NCBI RefSeq assembly: GCF_020745735.1 | Contig: NW_026867592.1 | Location: 62,001 to 126,000, forward strand | DNA from: Hemiscyllium ocellatum | Taxonomy: Eukaryota | Length of the DNA: 64,000 bases | Direction of reading: 5' to 3' | Part shown: one piece after another, positions 61,601-64,000 of the stretch | Layout: every line of letters begins with the position of its first letter | Numbering within the stretch: the stretch's first letter is position 1 | The notes under the pieces: model-generated | The model's database searches: none | What the model was told of the DNA's origin: nothing | Seen by the model: the letters and a program-made list of their open reading frames with translations, nothing else | Program-made: the position numbers and the translations under genes

Positions 61601-63500
61601 CTCAGAGGCTCTGGCAGTATCTGTGGAGAGAAAGCTCAACTCTCCATGGTTTCCTGGTTTTCCTTTAGAGCCTTCTTAAGTAACGCCACCACATTAGCCC
61701 ATCTCTGCTCTTCCAGCACCTCAGCCATGATTATCAATGATACAAACACCTCAGCAAGGGGCTCCGGAATCTCCTCCTTAGCTTCCCACTAAGTTCTGGG
61801 AATCACCTGATCAGATATGGGCAACACGGTGGCACAGTGGTTAGCACTGCTGCCTCACAGCGCCTGTAGACCCGGGTTCAATTCCCGACTCAGGCGACTG
61901 ACTGTGTGGAGTTTGCACGTTCTCCCCGTGTCTGCGTGGGTTTCCTCCGGGTGCTCCGGTTTCCTCCCACAGTCCAAAGATGTGCGGGTCAGGTGAATTG
62001 GCTAAGCTAAATTGCCCGTAGTGTTAGGTAAGGGGTAAATTTAGGGGTATGGGTGGGTTGCGCTTCAGCGGGTCGGTGTGGACTTGTTGGGCCGAAGGGC
62101 CTGTTTCCACACTGTAAGTCTAATCTCAGGGATTTATCTCTGTTTTTTGGCTTCGAGACATACAGCGCCTCCTCTACTCTGAGATGAACTCTTTTTAAGG
62201 CATCACTATGTATTTCCCAATTTCCTTAGTTTCCATGCACCTATTAATGCAAAATATTTGTTCAGTGTCTCATCCATCTCTTGTGGTCTCACACATAGGC
62301 AGCTATGGTGGTCTTTAAGCGGCTGTATTCTCTCCTTGATTATTTTCTACCCTTTCTGTATCAATGGAATCGTTTGGGATTTTCTTTAACATTATTTGTC
62401 AAAGTTACGTCATGCCCATTTTTTACCTTCACGATTTCCGACTGCCCTTTTTTCCTTTTCCGGATTCACTCGATCCCACCTGTCTACATCTGATATATCT
62501 CTCCTATTTCTTGACCAGTGTCTCAATTTCTCCTGTCATACTGTTTCCCTGCACCGCCGAAGTTTACCCTTCACACAAACAGGAACATACCATCACTGAA
62601 CTCTCATGATCTCATGCTTAAATGCTTCCCATTTCCCAACCGTACCTTCTCCTGCGCATAGCCCGCCATCCCTAAATCAACCAGATTTTCAAAGTTCCTG
62701 TGAGATGCCATCAAACCTGGCCTCACTCCAATTTGGAACATTCATTTTTTTAATCAATTCTACTATTTTTCATAACGGCTTTCAGACTAATAGAATTATG
62801 ATTACTTGCTCCGAAGTCTGCCCCCCAGAACATCTCAGTCACTTGCCCTGCTCAGTTTCGGAACAGAAGTTCAAGTATTGCACAACCTCTAGTCAGTGCT
62901 TCCATATATTGAATACGAAATCTTCCTTGTATAAACCTAACCAATTACTCGCCATCCAAGACCTTAACACTATGACAGTCCCAAAAATTGGAAAGTCAAA
63001 AATCGCTGACCATAATCCGATTGTTCTTACATATAGCTGAGATCTCCTTACATATCCACTTGCGAAAGTCCAGTTGACTATTGGGAGGACTATATTACAC
63101 TTCCAGTAAGGTGATCACCCCATTTCTCAAAATTAGTTTCCATCTATGTAACGTCACTGGGCAGTCTCCCAGAATTTCCTCGCAGCATCCAGCCAAAATG
63201 TGCTTCTGAAGCAGTACCACTCCTCCTCCACTCTTGTTTTCCCCCTCACCCTGTCTATCCTTTATATAGCATCTACACTCCTGAAGATTAAGCGGCCAGT
63301 CCTGTTCATCCCTGAGCCACATTTCTGTAATAGTTACGATACCCCCATCCCAAATTCCCAGCCATGCCCTATGTTCACCTGCCCCGTCTGTCAGGCCTCT
63401 TGCACTCAAGTAAATGCTGCTTTGCAGTCTTACCTCATTTATGCCAAACTGTTGCCTGTCTTGACTCTTCGAATGGTTCATCGTGTCTATTTTACCATCC
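58636..63500 (-). mobile_element. Large degenerate CR1 ORF2, paralog of 29335-33900
   Basis: ORFs 58908-59102, 59460-59888 and 63095-63481 mirror the copy-1 CR1 peptides. Confidence 0.75.
61817..62124 (+). mobile_element. Young full-length tRNA-derived SINE, absent from copy 1
   Basis: Nearly identical to 55589-55892; empty site cagat|ctcaggg near 32503/32504. Confidence 0.9.
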
Positions 63501-64000
63501 TCAACCTTTTCCTTTTTCTCACTGTTGCGTTGAGTCTCACCATCACCCTTACCAGCTTGAAGCCTTCAGGGTATCACGAGAAAGTTTTCCCATAACAGTG
63601 TTGGTCCCTTTCCAATTCAAGTGAAACCTGTCCCTCTTAAAGATGTCATTTCTGTTGATGAAGAGATCTCAATGATCGGGAAATGTGAATCCTAGCCCCT
63701 GCAACAGCTCCTCAGCCACGCATTTATCTGCTGTTTTTTTTATTATTATTCCAACTCTCAATATTCCATTAGATTTTAAACAAAGCCCAGCATTATGTTT
63801 GCCTACGTTGCAGTTAAAATTAAAAGCTAGCATTTCGTCATTCTGTGATGAGGATTACAAAATCTGTTCTGTATATTTCAGAATTCAATCTCTATGTAAA
63901 TAATATTCAGTTGCTCTACCTTTCCTGCTAAAATTCCTAACTTCATTTTTATGTCATTTCTGATTTATTTCACCCCATTATATTAATATGCAAAGTTTCT

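Larger units (their letters stand above)
48978..64000. repeat. Segmental duplication, copy 2 (runs off the window edge)
   Basis: Colinear with 22995-34380 plus four extra blocks (50962-53230, 55589-55892, 56207-57147, 61817-62124). Confidence 0.95.

Noticed and set aside
14100-64000. Additional Ig segments, TM or secretory exons, or a host gene
   Set aside because: No Ig-fold, WGxG or TM peptides in the ORF track or in the regions I translated by eye; small exons could have been missed
48978-64000. Duplication as a haplotype or assembly artefact
   Set aside because: Copies differ by kb-scale deletions and two SINE insertions plus scattered substitutions; not fully excluded without reads

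Overview
Cartilaginous-fish (shark) genomic DNA; the immunoglobulin (Ig) segments resemble nurse-shark-type IgM, so an orectolobiform host is plausible (inference). Bases 1-14.1 kb hold most of one IgM heavy-chain minilocus on the minus strand: TATA, leader (13946-13994), VH fused directly to D1 (13497-13814), 22-RSS, 12-RSS/D2/12-RSS, 23-RSS/JH, a 9.0 kb intron, CH1 and CH2. CH3, CH4 and TM exons would lie off the left edge. The exons splice in phase into an open reading frame, so this looks like a potentially functional, partially pre-joined (VD-D-J) cluster. The J-C intron contains a candidate E-mu-like motif cluster, a 32-bp minisatellite and a sense-strand hammerhead ribozyme motif. The 50 kb upstream of the promoter has no recognisable host gene. 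It consists of CR1/L2-type LINE fragments, tRNA-derived SINEs, Penelope-like elements with hammerhead motifs, a 3.8 kb tandem array carrying tRNA-Arg copies (one with a TCG-to-TCT anticodon change), and an 11-15 kb segmental duplication with copy-specific SINE insertions and microhomology-bounded deletions. Repeat boundaries are approximate and were read by eye; no database searches were run.
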